From: Heptranchias perlo
Taxonomy: Eukaryota
NCBI RefSeq assembly: GCF_035084215.1
Contig: NC_090346.1
Coordinates: forward strand, 14,198,001-14,262,000
Direction: 5' to 3'
DNA: 64,000 nucleotides
The notes beneath the pieces are model-generated. The model saw nothing but the letters and a program-made list of their open reading frames with translations, made no database searches and was not told the origin of the DNA. Each line of letters begins with the position of its first letter. The first letter of the stretch is position 1. The position numbers and the translations under genes are program-made. Shown here piece after piece: positions 51,130 to 62,660 of this stretch.

Positions 51130-52309
51130 TCCGAATCATGTGAGCTCCGGAGCTGCCATGTGATTTCCTCAATAATAAACAGAAGGAAAATAAATAAATA
51201 TCTTTTTGAAATTCTTCCCCCTGTCCCCGGTTGAAACAACAAACTTATTTTTGAGATTTTGTAAAGTTTTTCTTCGATGAGCTTTTCATTATTTTAAAGA
51301 CCCTGTGAAATATTTTCTTTTCTCTCTCTGCCGACGTTTTCACCTCCTCGATTTTTTTTGCCCGCAAAGTATCGGCCCCACGGCGCATGCGCCCCCTGCA
51401 GGTATCGCCTCCGATACCGATCAGCGAGATGGCGAGGAATCGATTGGCCCGCGCGGACCGACTGAAACCCGCGCGGAGTTGACACCGAACATGATCTTCG
51501 TGGGCGCGCCATGCATTTAACGTGACTTTATTGGGATTCTTTTGTTTTATAATTGTCCGGTTTGCAGTAATCGTTTCTTACTTTTATTAAATATCAACAG
51601 TTGATTTATAGTTCGCAGTTACTATTACATTTCTTATTAAATATTAAACAATTTATTTTACAATTGTAAACAATTTTACAACACCAAGTTATAGTCCAGC
51701 AATTTATTTTACAGTTAGTGACAGTTACTACTGCGTTTCAACTTTCTGCACCGAGTATTGAAGTAATCGTTTCAAAGTTTCCAAACTCAACAGGGTGTTT
51801 AATTTGTTGAATGCTACTTTTTTTTTTGAAAAAAAATAACTAAGATCCAAAACAGTCAGGAACAGTCCCAGAGGCCGCATCCTGTTAAAAAGGCGCACTG
51901 TCTGTCACTGAGGGGCAAGAACAAAGCTGTGTTCCCGGCTGCACCATCTGCCAGATGTGAGACTGTTGTTAGGGATTGTCACGTTTGCCTTTCTATTAAT
52001 TTTCACTCTGTCTCGTTCCCTCACTTTTACACATTTCTTAGTCAATTCTGCACTTGTTGCTCAACCACACTTCTCTATTTTATTCTCTTTAATGCACTAA
52101 TTCTCACTCATTAGCTCACACTCACTTAATAGCTCACACTCACTCACGCATTGCCTCACTTGCTCAGTCACACACACTCACTCCGGGTACGCTGTCTGTC
52201 GGCCAGCGGTGTTGTGACTCCCTCCCGTTGCTATAGCCCCGCCGTCAAACACCGGGAGCCGCAGCCAGGCCGCTGGACCCCGGGCCCGGGTAACCCTCGA
52301 GGTGCAGAG
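51130..52309. promoter_or_regulatory. Divergent promoter region SNX8(-)/IQCE(+)
   Basis: Two CpG clusters; NRF1 palindrome GCGCATGCGC 51383-51392 overlapping CTCF-like CCTGCAGGGGGCGC (-); reverse CCAAT ~51443; X-box-like GTTGCTATAGCCCC 52227-52240. Confidence 0.7.
51663..51699 (-). mobile_element. 37-bp tail-less Penelope pLTR fragment (subfamily A)
   Basis: Identical to the arm ends at ~19550 and ~56852; flanked by direct repeat caatttattttaca (51649-51662, 51700-51713). Confidence 0.8.
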
Positions 52310-52351
52310 ATGTTGCTGGCGCTGAGTGACGGGACCGAGGAGGATCTGGGG
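52310..52351 (+). CDS. IQCE: IQCE IQ domain-containing protein E, exon 1
   Basis: MLLALSDGTEEDLG then GTGAGA donor; phase 0 to exon 2. Confidence 0.75.
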
Positions 52352-52454
52352 GTGAGAGGCCGGCACCGGGCTGAGCTACCGGGGACTTCAGTGCGGCACA
52401 GCCCGAGCACCAACCTAAGCCCAGGGCTAAGCTCGCCCTATTCCTCTCCCCTCT

Positions 52455-52830
52455 CTCCCCATCCCTCATTCCCTATGTCCCATCCCCATCCCTCATTCCC
52501 TATGTCCCATCCCCATCCCTCATTCCCTATGTCCCATCCCCATCCCTCATTCCCTAGTCCCTTCCCTCATTCCCTATCCTCCATTCCTCATCCTCATCCC
52601 CATCCCCTACCCCTCATTCCTCATCCCCATCCCCTACCCCTCATTCCTCATCCCCATCCCCTACCCCTCATTCCTCATCCCCATCCCCTACCCCTCATTC
52701 CTCATCCCTATCCCCTACCCCTCATTCCTCATCCATTCCTCCCCCTCATTCCTCATCCATTCCTCCCCCTCATTCCTCATCCCCTATCCCTCATTCCCCT
52801 CCTTCATCCCATCCTCCTCTCCTTATAAAC
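52455..52830. repeat. C/T-rich low-complexity tandem repeats (cctcattcc/catccc)
   Basis: Degenerate 27-30 bp units. Confidence 0.9.
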
Positions 52831-53781
52831 CCCTCTCCTATCTCCTCCATCCCACTTCTCTATGGCTATCCCCCTCCCTCATTCTCTCCCTCCACGTCCC
52901 AGCTCCCCACTCCTTTGGCTCAGATCAGGATCAGATTCATCTCTGCTGCTTTACTTCAGCTACTGTAGTTTGTTGCTGAATTAAACGTGGTGTCTGTTGT
53001 TAGTTGTGAATGTAGATGCCGTCACACAGCAATCAATGGCCAAAAAAAAATGATATTTATATGGCATGGTGTATCTCCAGATCACACTACTGAATAAAAT
53101 GTAGTGAAGGTGGGATTTGGTGGCACAGTAGGGTTGCAAACTGTCCTTTCACCTCCAGGACCTGGTTAGGTTGGGGAGTGAGTGCGTGTTACTGGAGGCA
53201 GTGCAGAGGGTGCTATACTCTGCAGATGGCTGAGATATAAGGGAGTGCTTGATGCTGACATGGGTGGCTGATGTGGAAAGTGCTAAATTCTCCAGCAACA
53301 ACAAACGTAGGGTAATGATTATCAAGGCAGCAGTCCGGAGATTGTTGTGGTGAAAAAATTATATAAAGAAAGAATTTGCATTTATGTAGCACCTTAGGAC
53401 ATCCCAAAGTGCTTTACAGCCAATGAGGTACTTTTGAAGTGTAGTCACTGTTGTAATGTAGGAAACACGGCAGCCAATTTGCGCACAGCAAGATCCCACA
53501 AACAGCAATGAGATATTGATCAGATAATCTGTTTTTTTAGTGATGTTGGTTGAGGGACAAATATTGGCCAGGACACCGGGGAGAACTCCCCTGCCCTTCT
53601 ACGAAATAGAGATATGGGATCTTTTACGTCCACGTGAGGGGGCAGACGAGGCCTCGGTTTAATGTCTCATCCGAAAGATGGCACCTTCGACAGTGCAGCA
53701 CTCCCTCAGCACTGCACTGGGAGTGTCAGCCTAGAGTATGTGCTCAAGTCTCTGGAGTGGGACTTGAACCCACAGCCTTCT

Positions 53782-55887
53782 GGAAGGCACTAAAAAGTGA
53801 AATTCTACGGGTACAATGCAGACACGTCCCCTTAAAGAAAAAGGGTGGCACTGCCAAATTTAGAGCCCCCTGGTTGTCTAGAAGTATAGGGGCAAGATAA
53901 AGAGAAAAAGAAAGCTTATGACTCACATAAAACTAAATACTGCAGAAAGCCTAGAGGAGTATAGAAAGTACAGGGCTGACATAAAAAAGGAAATAAGGAA
54001 AGCAAAGAGAGAGGCATGAACAAATATTAGCTAGTAAGATTAAAGAAAACCCAAAGATGTTTTATCAGTACATTAAGAACAAGAGGATAGCGAAGGAAAA
54101 GGTGGAACCTATCAGGGATGATAAGGGTAACTTGTGTGTAGAAGCAGAGGATGTGGGTAGGGTTTTAAATGAATATTTTGTCTCCATATTCACAAAGGAA
54201 AGGGATGATCCGGACGTAGTAGTTAAAGAGGAGAGGTGTGAAATATTGGATAAGGTAAACATAACGAGAGAGGAAGTACAAGAGGGACTGGAATCCTTGA
54301 AAGTTGATAAGTCACCAGGGCCGGATGGATTGTTTCCTAGGCTATTGAAGGAAGCCAGGGAGGAAATAGCGGATGCTCTGAGGATTGTTTTCCAATCCTC
54401 ACTAGATACAGGGAAGGTACCAGAGGACTGGAAGACTGCAAATGTAGTACCATTGTTTAAAAAGGGTACGAGGGAAAGGCCGAACAATTATAGGCCGGTC
54501 AGTCTTACCTCGGTGGTGGTCAAACTGTTAGAATCAATACTGAGAGATAGGATAAACTGTCACTTGGAAAGGCATGGTTCAATCAGGGCTAGTCAGCATG
54601 GATTTGTTCAGGGAAGGTCATGCCTTACAAATCTGATTGAATTCTTTGAGGAAGTGACAAGGAGGATTGATGAGGGTAGTGCAGTGGATGTTGTCTACAT
54701 TGATTTTAGTAAGGCATTTGACAAGGTCCCACATGGCAGACTGGCCAGAAAGGTAAAAGCCCATGGGATACAGGGAAATGTGGCGAATTGGATCCAAAAT
54801 TGGCTCAGTAACAGGAAACAAAGGATAAAAGTCGATGATGTCTTTGCAAATAGAAATCCGTTTCCAGTGGTGTGCCACAGGGCTCAGTGTTGGGTCCCTT
54901 GCTGTTTGTGGTATATATTAATGATTTGGACTTGAATGTAGGGGGCATGATTGGCAAATTTGCAGACGATACAAAAATTGGCCGTGTAGTTGATAGTGAA
55001 GAGGATAGCTGTAGACTCCAAGAAGATTTCAATGGTTTGGTAGAGTGGGCGGAAAAGTGGCAAATGGAGTTCAACCCGGAGAAGTGTGAGGTAATGCACT
55101 TAGGGAGGGCAAACGGTAAAAGGAAATACACAGTAAACAGGAATATATTGAGAGGGGTAGAGGAAGTGAGAGACCTTGGAGTGCATGTGCACAGGTCCCT
55201 GAAGGTGGCAGTACAGGTAGATAAGGTTGTGAAGAAGGCATATGGAATGCTCTCCGTTATTAGCCGAGGTATAGAATACAAAAGCAGGGATGTAGTGATG
55301 GAACTTTATAAAACGCTGGTAAGGCCACAGCTGGAGTATTGTGCGCAGTTCTGGTCACCACATTACAGAAAGGATGTAATTGCTCTGGAGAGAGTGCAGA
55401 GAAGATTTACAAGAATGTTGCCAGGGCTTGAAAATTGCAGCTACGAGAAGACATTGGATAGGCTGGGGTTGTTTTCCTTGGAGCAGAGGAGGCTGAGGGG
55501 AGACGTGATTGAGGTGTACAAAATTAAGGCCTAGATAGAGTAGACAGGAAGTACCTGTTTCCCCTAGCAGAGAGTTCAAGAACTAGAGGACATAGATTTA
55601 AGCTGATTGGCGGAAGGATTAGAGGGGACATGAAGAAAGACTTTTTTACCCAGAGGGTGATGGGTGTATGGAATTCTCTGCCCAAATTGGTGGTAGAGGC
55701 AGGGACCCTCAACTCTTTTAAAAAGTACCTCGACCTGCGCCTAAAGTGCTGTAAGCTGCAAGGATACGGACCGGGTGCCGGAAGGTGGGATTAGAATGGG
55801 CACCTGGTTGTTCTTTGAGCCGGCGCGGACACGATGGGCTGAATGGCCCCCTTCTGTGCTGTATCTTTTCTATGGTTCTATGGTTCT
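53782..55887 (+). mobile_element. 5'-truncated CR1 LINE (ORF2 RT, few frameshifts) inserted in a Deu-SINE in IQCE intron 1
   Basis: ORFs 54057..54935 and 54872..55534 (YRPVSLTS, DFSKAFDKVPH, PQGSVLGP, FADDTKIG); (ttctatgg)n tail; SINE resumes at actcag. Confidence 0.92.
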
Positions 55888-56005
55888 GACTCAGTGGGAT
55901 TAGTAAATCCCATGTTGGAATGGGACTAGGAAGGGGAGGGAAAGCTGTCTTTCAATGGGATGAAGTTCAGTCCAAACCCAATGTTGTGCTGTTTCTCTGT
56001 TTCAG

Positions 56006-56053
56006 GGAGAGGATGGACTGTCCATCGTTACATATGAATCCGATGTGGAAAAG
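56006..56053 (+). CDS. IQCE: IQCE exon 2
   Basis: GEDGLSIVTYESDVEK, similar to human GDDSLSAVTFDSDVET. Confidence 0.88.
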
Positions 56054-56109
56054 GTAATGTGACCACCTTATGATTTGTACAACTGTGAGAGCTGCCCTTT
56101 GCTCACCTA

Positions 56110-56330
56110 GATTGACACACTCCCAGGGATCATCCACAAATATTAACACACTCTTGGGGATTATCCACAAATACTGACACTCTCCCAGGGATTATCTGCA
56201 AATATTGACATGCTCCCAGGGATCATCTGCAAATATTAACACACTTGGGGATCACCCACAAATATTGACAGACTCTTGGGAATTATCCACAAATATTGAC
56301 ACTCTCCTGGGGATCACCCGCAAATTGAGA
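56110..56330. repeat. ~31-bp degenerate tandem repeat, ~7 copies
   Basis: attgacacactc..gggat(c/t)atccacaaat units. Confidence 0.85.
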
Positions 56331-56851
56331 GCACCTTCTGAAAGATATTGTCAGTTGCCCAAAGGGAAACAATTGTTATCATTGCAGAAAACATTTTTCA
56401 CTGGTATAGGACATAAATATCGTGTTAGTCAAAAAATGCAGAAAAAAGTATGAAATACAGGATTCTCAAGATGGTGTGCTTGCGGCATGTGGTAAGATAG
56501 GGCCCAGGTGGCCAGGGTGCAATCTAATGACATTGCGTGGGATCTCCTCACTCTCCCCGCCCCAGGCCCCAGCATCAACACCTGTGCCTTAACATGACCC
56601 ACAGCAGCAGGTCAGTACTGAAAGTAAGTGGGGTGGCTTGGCTGGTTTGAGCAGTGCTAATTGCGAACATAACCGGGGTAACTACCAGAGAGTCACCCTA
56701 AAGTTTCAGAAGCTTCGAAGGGTACAAATCAGAATTTTAAAAAAGAAAGTCTTGCATTTATATAGCACCTTTCACAACCTCAGGACATTCCAAAGCGCTT
56801 TACAGCCAATGAAGTACTTTTTGAAGTGTAGTCACTGTTGTGATGTAGAAA

Positions 56852-57012
56852 ATTGTAAACAATTTTACAACACCAAGTTATAGTCCAGCAATTTTATTTT
56901 ATTTTACAAAATAAAATTTTATTTTACAAAAATAAAATTGCTGGACTATAACTTGGTGTTGTAAAATTGTTTACAATTGTCAACCCCAGTCCATCACCGG
57001 CATCTCCACATC
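56852..57012 (+). mobile_element. Short Penelope pLTR fold-back insertion (subfamily A, no ribozyme) inside a Deu-SINE
   Basis: ~50-bp arms, AT-rich reiterated centre, tail gtcaaccccagtccatcaccggcatctccacatc; TSD gtgatgtagaaa at 56840-56851 and 57013-57024. Confidence 0.87.
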
Positions 57013-57406
57013 GTGATGTAGAAACGCAGCAGCCAATTTACACACAGCAAGGTTGCACAAACCTCAATCTGATAATGACCAGATAATCTGTTTTAGTGAT
57101 GGTGGTTGAGGGATAAATATTGGCCAGGGCACCGGGGAAACTCCCCTGCTCTCCTTCGAATAGTGGCTGTGTGATCTTTTAGGCCCACCTGAGAGGGCAG
57201 ACAGGGCCTCGGTTTAATTTCTCACCCGAAAGACGTACAGGCACTGAAATGTCCGCCTGGATTATGGGCTCAAGTCTCTGGAGTGGGACCTGAACCAATG
57301 ACTTTCCGATTCAGAGGGGAGAGTGCTACCCGCTGAGCCACAGCAAAATAATAAAGGGAAGTATTTAAAAGTTAATTTACTGACGTACTTTGTTTTCCAT
57401 ATTCAG

Positions 57407-57449
57407 AAACCCAAGAAGAAGAAGCTAAATAAACCACCCATGTCCCCAA
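57407..57449 (+). CDS. IQCE: IQCE exon 3
   Basis: KPKKKKLNKPPMSP; AG/GTGAGT. Confidence 0.87.
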
Positions 57450-58415
57450 GTGAGTAACAAGATTCCCACTTTATCAATGCAGCTGTTTTTATGTTCTGTC
57501 TTTGACATATTTTTCCATCCAATTTTCTCCCCTTCCGAAACCATTACTTTATATGCGGATTAGGGGTGGGGTGGGGGAGAGAAACTATGGGGGTAATTTT
57601 AACTTAACTGGCTGGGTGGGAAGCCCACGGGATCGGGTGGAATGGCCCTTTTACACCCTGCCCGATACTGCTCTCCATTGACTTCAGTGGAGAGTAAAAT
57701 TGGACGAGGGGTAAAATGCACAAGTTCATGGGTGAGATTGGGCAGTGAAGTGGGCAAAGGAACCCGGTTATGAATCTTGTGTCCCACAGCCCAAGTGCCC
57801 CTGCACTGACTTTCCTGTTTGTGGTTTTGCTCGGACTCCATTGGGTGTTCTGCCTCCTATTTAAGTGACCTGTAAAGACTTGCATTTATATAGCGCCTTT
57901 CATGACCTCAGGACGTCCCAAAGTGATTTACAGCTAATGAAATACTTTTGAAGAGTAGTCACTCTGTAATGTAGGAAACGCAGCACAGCAAGGTCCCACA
58001 AACAGCATTGTGATAATAACCAGATAATCTGTTTTTAGTGATGTTGGTCAAAGGATAAATATTGGCCAGTGGATACCTCCCCTTCTCCTCTTTGAATAGT
58101 GTCATGGAATCTTTTACTTACATTTGAGAGGGCAAACGGGGTCTTGGTTTAACATCTCATCCGAAAGACAGCACCTCCGACAGTGCAACACTCCCTCAGT
58201 ACTGCACTGGGAGTGTTAGCTTAGGTTATTTGCTTAAGGCTCTGGAGCGGGACTTGAACTCACGACTTTCTGACTCAGCGGCAAGAGTGCTACCCACTGA
58301 ACCGCAGCTAACAGCTGTAGATGGAGAAGCCACGCAATATTGTTATAAGGTACTGCTGTCCAGGGCATCTTCCATCCCTGCTTGCTAACAGAATCTCACC
58401 TCGTTCTTCTTTTAG

Positions 58416-58562
58416 AATCCCCGTATCTCTCAAACACGTACCTGCATCCGAGGAAGGCGGCGGTATGGAGGTCGTTGAAGGGCACAGGGACCATGCATGT
58501 GGAAAACCCGTCAGCCAGGGTACCTAGAGAGCTGTGGGTGGCATCGCTCAGACAGGGTGTCG
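58416..58562 (+). CDS. IQCE: IQCE exon 4
   Basis: KSPYLSNTYLHPRKAAVWRSLKGTG..RELWVASLRQG. Confidence 0.9.
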
Positions 58563-59026
58563 GTAAGTGACTGCAGTATGGATTCATCCAGATTCCTCTC
58601 CTCCCTTGCCCTCTCCTTCACTCCCCTCCCCTCCCCTCCTCCCCTGCCCTTCCCTCTTCCTTCCTCTCCTGCCCTTCCCTCTTCCTTCCTCTCCTCTCCT
58701 CTCCTCCCCTCTCCTTCCCTCCCTATGGCTTAATTTGACTCAATACGGGAGACCTCACCCAGCCCACTGTGTGTTTATGTACTTGTGTGTGTGCATGTAC
58801 ATGTGTGTGTGCATGTATGTGTGTTTACGTGTGTGTACCAGTGCTTGTATGTGTGTGTGTACACATATGTGTGTGTATGTTCCAGTGTATGTATCTGTGT
58901 GTGTATGTACATGTATGTGTGCGTGTGTTAGCGTGTCTGGGTGTAAGGCTTTAGGGGACAGTGTCATGAGCACGTGAATTAGAAAACCCTTACTGTTTTC
59001 ACTTTTTAAAAAAATTGTTCCCACAG

Positions 59027-59158
59027 CTCTGTCCCAGTCACTCAAGTCTGAGTACGACTCTGGATGCAGTCGGAGCTCGAGCTACACGAGTACACCAGAA
59101 TATCTGAAAGAGGCCCTCGGTATGAAAAAACCGAAGCATTCCCGGTCAGCCAGCAACG
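59027..59158 (+). CDS. IQCE: IQCE exon 5
   Basis: LSQSLKSE..TPEYLKEALGMKKPKHSRSASN. Confidence 0.9.
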
Positions 59159-59879
59159 GTGAGTAGCCTGAATTAACCTCTCTCCCTTTAAGAATGGGCC
59201 CAAATAGAGAAAACCATCTTCCTCAATCCTCTGGAGTTTCCCTTCAAGTGGAAGTTTTGCAAGGGTTTTTCAGCCTGTTATTCCCCAGTCTCCCATGAAT
59301 AAGTGAGTAATAACAGACAAGGTCACACGATGGCTATGGATGACAGGCCATGAAGTTCATCTTAGCTCATCGATCCAAAAAGAACCAAGAGTCCCCTCAT
59401 CACAGCATCCAACTGTTTCTTAAATGATGACATGGTTTTGGCTTCCTCTACCCTATCCCGAAGTCCATTCCTTGGCCTAAGCCTCCCCCATGTGATGTTT
59501 GAGAAGTCCTGTAACTTAGTTGAATGGTAACCATCCATTACTGTTTGTGTTAACTCTCTGTCTCTCATTTTTTCTCTCTCTCATTCTCTTTCATTTTCTC
59601 CCATTCCCTCTCTCATTTTCTCTCTCCTCTCTCTCTCGTTTCCTCACTCTCTCATTCTCTTTCATTTTCTCTCTCTTCTTTCATTTTCTCTCCCCTCTCC
59701 CATCCCCTCTCCCATCCCCTCTCTGATTCCTTCTCCTATTCCCTCTCTTCTCTCTCTCATTTCCTCATTCCTCTCTCATTTTCTTTCTCCTCTCTCTCAT
59801 TCCCTCTCTCATTTCCTCTCTTCCCTCTCTCATTCCCTCTCTCCTCTCTCTCTTGTTCCCTTTCTCCGTCGCTCTCTAG

Positions 59880-59950
59880 GTTATGTCCCTGGCACCCCCG
59901 ACTATAAGGAGAAAGAGGACATGTACGATGAGATCATTGAACTGAAGAAG
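59880..59950 (+). CDS. IQCE: IQCE exon 6
   Basis: GYVPGTPDYKEKEDMYDEIIELKK, near identical to human. Confidence 0.95.
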
Positions 59951-61274
59951 GTGAGTACTGCCCCCTGCTGGGGGCCAGTGGCTCCTCACCAGTTTACAGT
60001 TCCTATAACGAACAGGATTAAAGATGGGCATCGAGCGTTTTTATGTTACAGCAATGCTGCTGGAGACTATAGCAGGACTATGAACCAGGGGTAGTCAGTG
60101 CCCCCTGCAGCACGGCGACTGCACAAGGCTCAGTGCTGCCACTACGAGCAAACCTAAAAGTTGTCTCCAGCATCGCTGGATGCCGCGTGCCTCCATTTTT
60201 TGTTTGGCCGTGAGCTTAACTCCCCGCCCAACTGTACAGGCAAAAATTTCTATTTTTGTTTACATCAGGGGTGGTCAGACTATTAAAAGAAAAGAAAGAC
60301 TTGCATTTATATAGCACCTTTCATAGCTCCAGCACGTCCCAAAGCGCTTTACAGCCAATTAAGTACTTTTGAAGTGTAGTCACTGTTGTAAGGTAGGAAA
60401 CGCGGCAGCCAATTTGCACACAGCAAGCTCCCACAAACAGCAATGAGAATAATGACCAGATAATCTGTTGTGGTGATGTTGGTCGAGGGATAAATATTGG
60501 CCGATGACACCGGGGAGAACTGCCCTGCTCTTTTTCAAAATAATGCCCCTGGGACCTTTTACATCCACCCGAGAGGGCAGACGAGGCCTCGGTTTAATGC
60601 GACTTGTGTGATGGGAGTACCCTCACCACACAGACTGCAGCGGTTCAAGAAGGCTCACCACCACCTTCTCATGGCAGCTAGGGATGGGCAATAAATGCCA
60701 GCCTTGCCAGTGACATCCACATCCCGAGAATGAATAATTTTTAAAAATTGCAGATGTGAGGAACGAATCGGGCTTGGCTGTACTGCCCCCACCCCTCCCA
60801 CTCTCCATCCCTCCCTCCCCCCACCCCTTGGATGGTCACACCTGAATAATGAGCACATGGGCAAAGTATGGGAGGGCACTTGAGGAACAGCGCCACTTCT
60901 GGCAGCAGGGTGTGATTACAGCGTGACAAGTTTACATAGGCAGATTATGTGTGCCCAAGTCTCTGGAACCCACAACCTTCTGCGAGGCGAGAGTGCCACC
61001 CACTGAACCTAGGCGGGCACCTGTTAAAAGTTCCTAAGGCGCTATTCAAAGAACAGCAGCATTCCTCCCTGAGGCAGTATCACCTGAGGAACAATACGCC
61101 AGCATAGAGTCAAATCCTTCAAGAGAGCAGAGAGGGGGAAAAAGAATTATCAAAATTCACAAGTGTGTGGAGTGTCTGAGGGAATACACATCTTTCTGAC
61201 CATCCATTGCAAGCAGACAGTGACTAATTTTGCGCTCTGTGCTTATATCCCTCCAAATCCCCTGCCCACCACAG

Positions 61275-61388
61275 ATGATTCAAGCCCACAAGGCTGAAAA
61301 CGATATCCTGAAAACAAAGCTGAGACGATCAGAGGAGGAAAACAGCAGAAAGGAGAAACAGATTGAACAGTTGTTGGACCCTTCCAAG
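61275..61388 (+). CDS. IQCE: IQCE exon 7
   Basis: MIQAHKAENDILKTKLRRSEEENSRKEKQIEQLLDPSK. Confidence 0.94.
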
Positions 61389-62147
61389 GTAAATCACAGC
61401 AAAGACGTGCTCAACAACCAGTGATCTAATCAGGTTTTTCCTTATCACTCCGTGAGCCCAACCAGGGATTTGTGGACCTAACGTTATAATATATTTGTTT
61501 TTTTTTCATCTGTAATTTAAAAAAAATTACTAGTCGATCTCTTATGTCGAAACCAAGTTTAGTCTTCAGGTGAAGTGGGATTAGAGGGCTGGGGGATAAT
61601 TGGACCCAGGTAAGCAGGCGCAATTCAGTCCCGCTTGAAAGTCATACATTCCCTCCTTATTTTGTATAATGCTTTGGTTTTATATGTTCTAGCAAAACTT
61701 GCCACTATTTGGGAACCAGAGAAGTAGAGTTGATTGTAGCAGAGGAGTTTCTCAGTAGAAGATGAGGAGCCTGGAGGCGGAAAACTGATGTGCTACAGCG
61801 CCACTTCTGGCAGCAGAGTATAATTACAGTGTGACAAGTTTACATAGGCAGATTATGTGCTTAAGTCTCTGGAGTGGGGCTTGAACCCCCAACCTTCTGA
61901 CTCAGAGGCGATGGATCAAAGTACAGTGGAGTGCAGTCACTGTTGTTATGTAGGTAAACACAGCAGCCAATTTGTGCACAGCAGGATCCCATAAGCAAGA
62001 AATGGACAAATAGCCAGATAATGTTATCCAGGATGAGGATCTTACAAGTTCATGATAAATATTCCCAAGGAAAGATTTTTATTTAGCAACTGACGGTGCT
62101 GTTTGTATTTGTGCTGTAAGCTTCCTGTGCATTTTCTTGTCTTACAG

Positions 62148-62198
62148 AGTTCGGAATATGCCAGGAGTTTGATCGATAAAAAGAACGACACTAGCGGG
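62148..62198 (+). CDS. IQCE: IQCE exon 8
   Basis: SSEYARSLIDKKNDTSG; 51 nt. Confidence 0.88.
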
Positions 62199-62374
62199 GT
62201 AAGACCTTCCCTGAAGTCCCCGCCGCTCGTTCCTTTTATAGCCCGAATGCTCGATCACAATCAAGAATTATATTTATGTGTCTCTCGAACGACTAAATCT
62301 CTTATCAGAACACAGATGAGATTATCCTCTCACCGAGTCTGTTACTTTAGATTTAAAAAAACATTTAAAAAAAA

Positions 62375-62660
62375 AACCATTCTCGGGATGTGGGCGCCTG
62401 TGGCGAGGCCGGCATTTATTGCCCATCCCTAGTTGCCCTTGAGAAGGTGGTGGTGAGCCACCTTCTTCTTGAACCGCAACAGTCCGTGTGGTGAAGGTGC
62501 TCCCTCAGTGCTGTTAGGTAGGGAGTTCCAGGGTTTTGACCCAGCGACGATGAAGGAACGGCGATACATGTCCCAAGTCGGGATGGTGTGTGACTTGAAG
62601 GGGAACTTGGAGGTAGTGTTGTACCCATGCACCTGCTGCCCTTGTCCTTCTAGGTGGTGG
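62375..62660 (-). mobile_element. LINE 3' tail (family also at ~32390-32600, ~36245-36490, ~42610-42760, ~60610-60735)
   Basis: WNSLPNST..GLLRFKKKVAHHHLLKG and cccacatcccgagaat end. Confidence 0.75.

Noticed and set aside
52151-52828. 225-aa Pro/His-rich ORF
   Set aside because: Read-through of IQCE exon 1 into low-complexity intron sequence.
54057-55534. Intact or domesticated reverse transcriptase gene
   Set aside because: 5'-truncated and frameshifted CR1 copy with its normal tail.
58567-59045. Cys/Val- or His/Thr-rich ORFs
   Set aside because: CT-rich and (TG)n low-complexity intron sequence.
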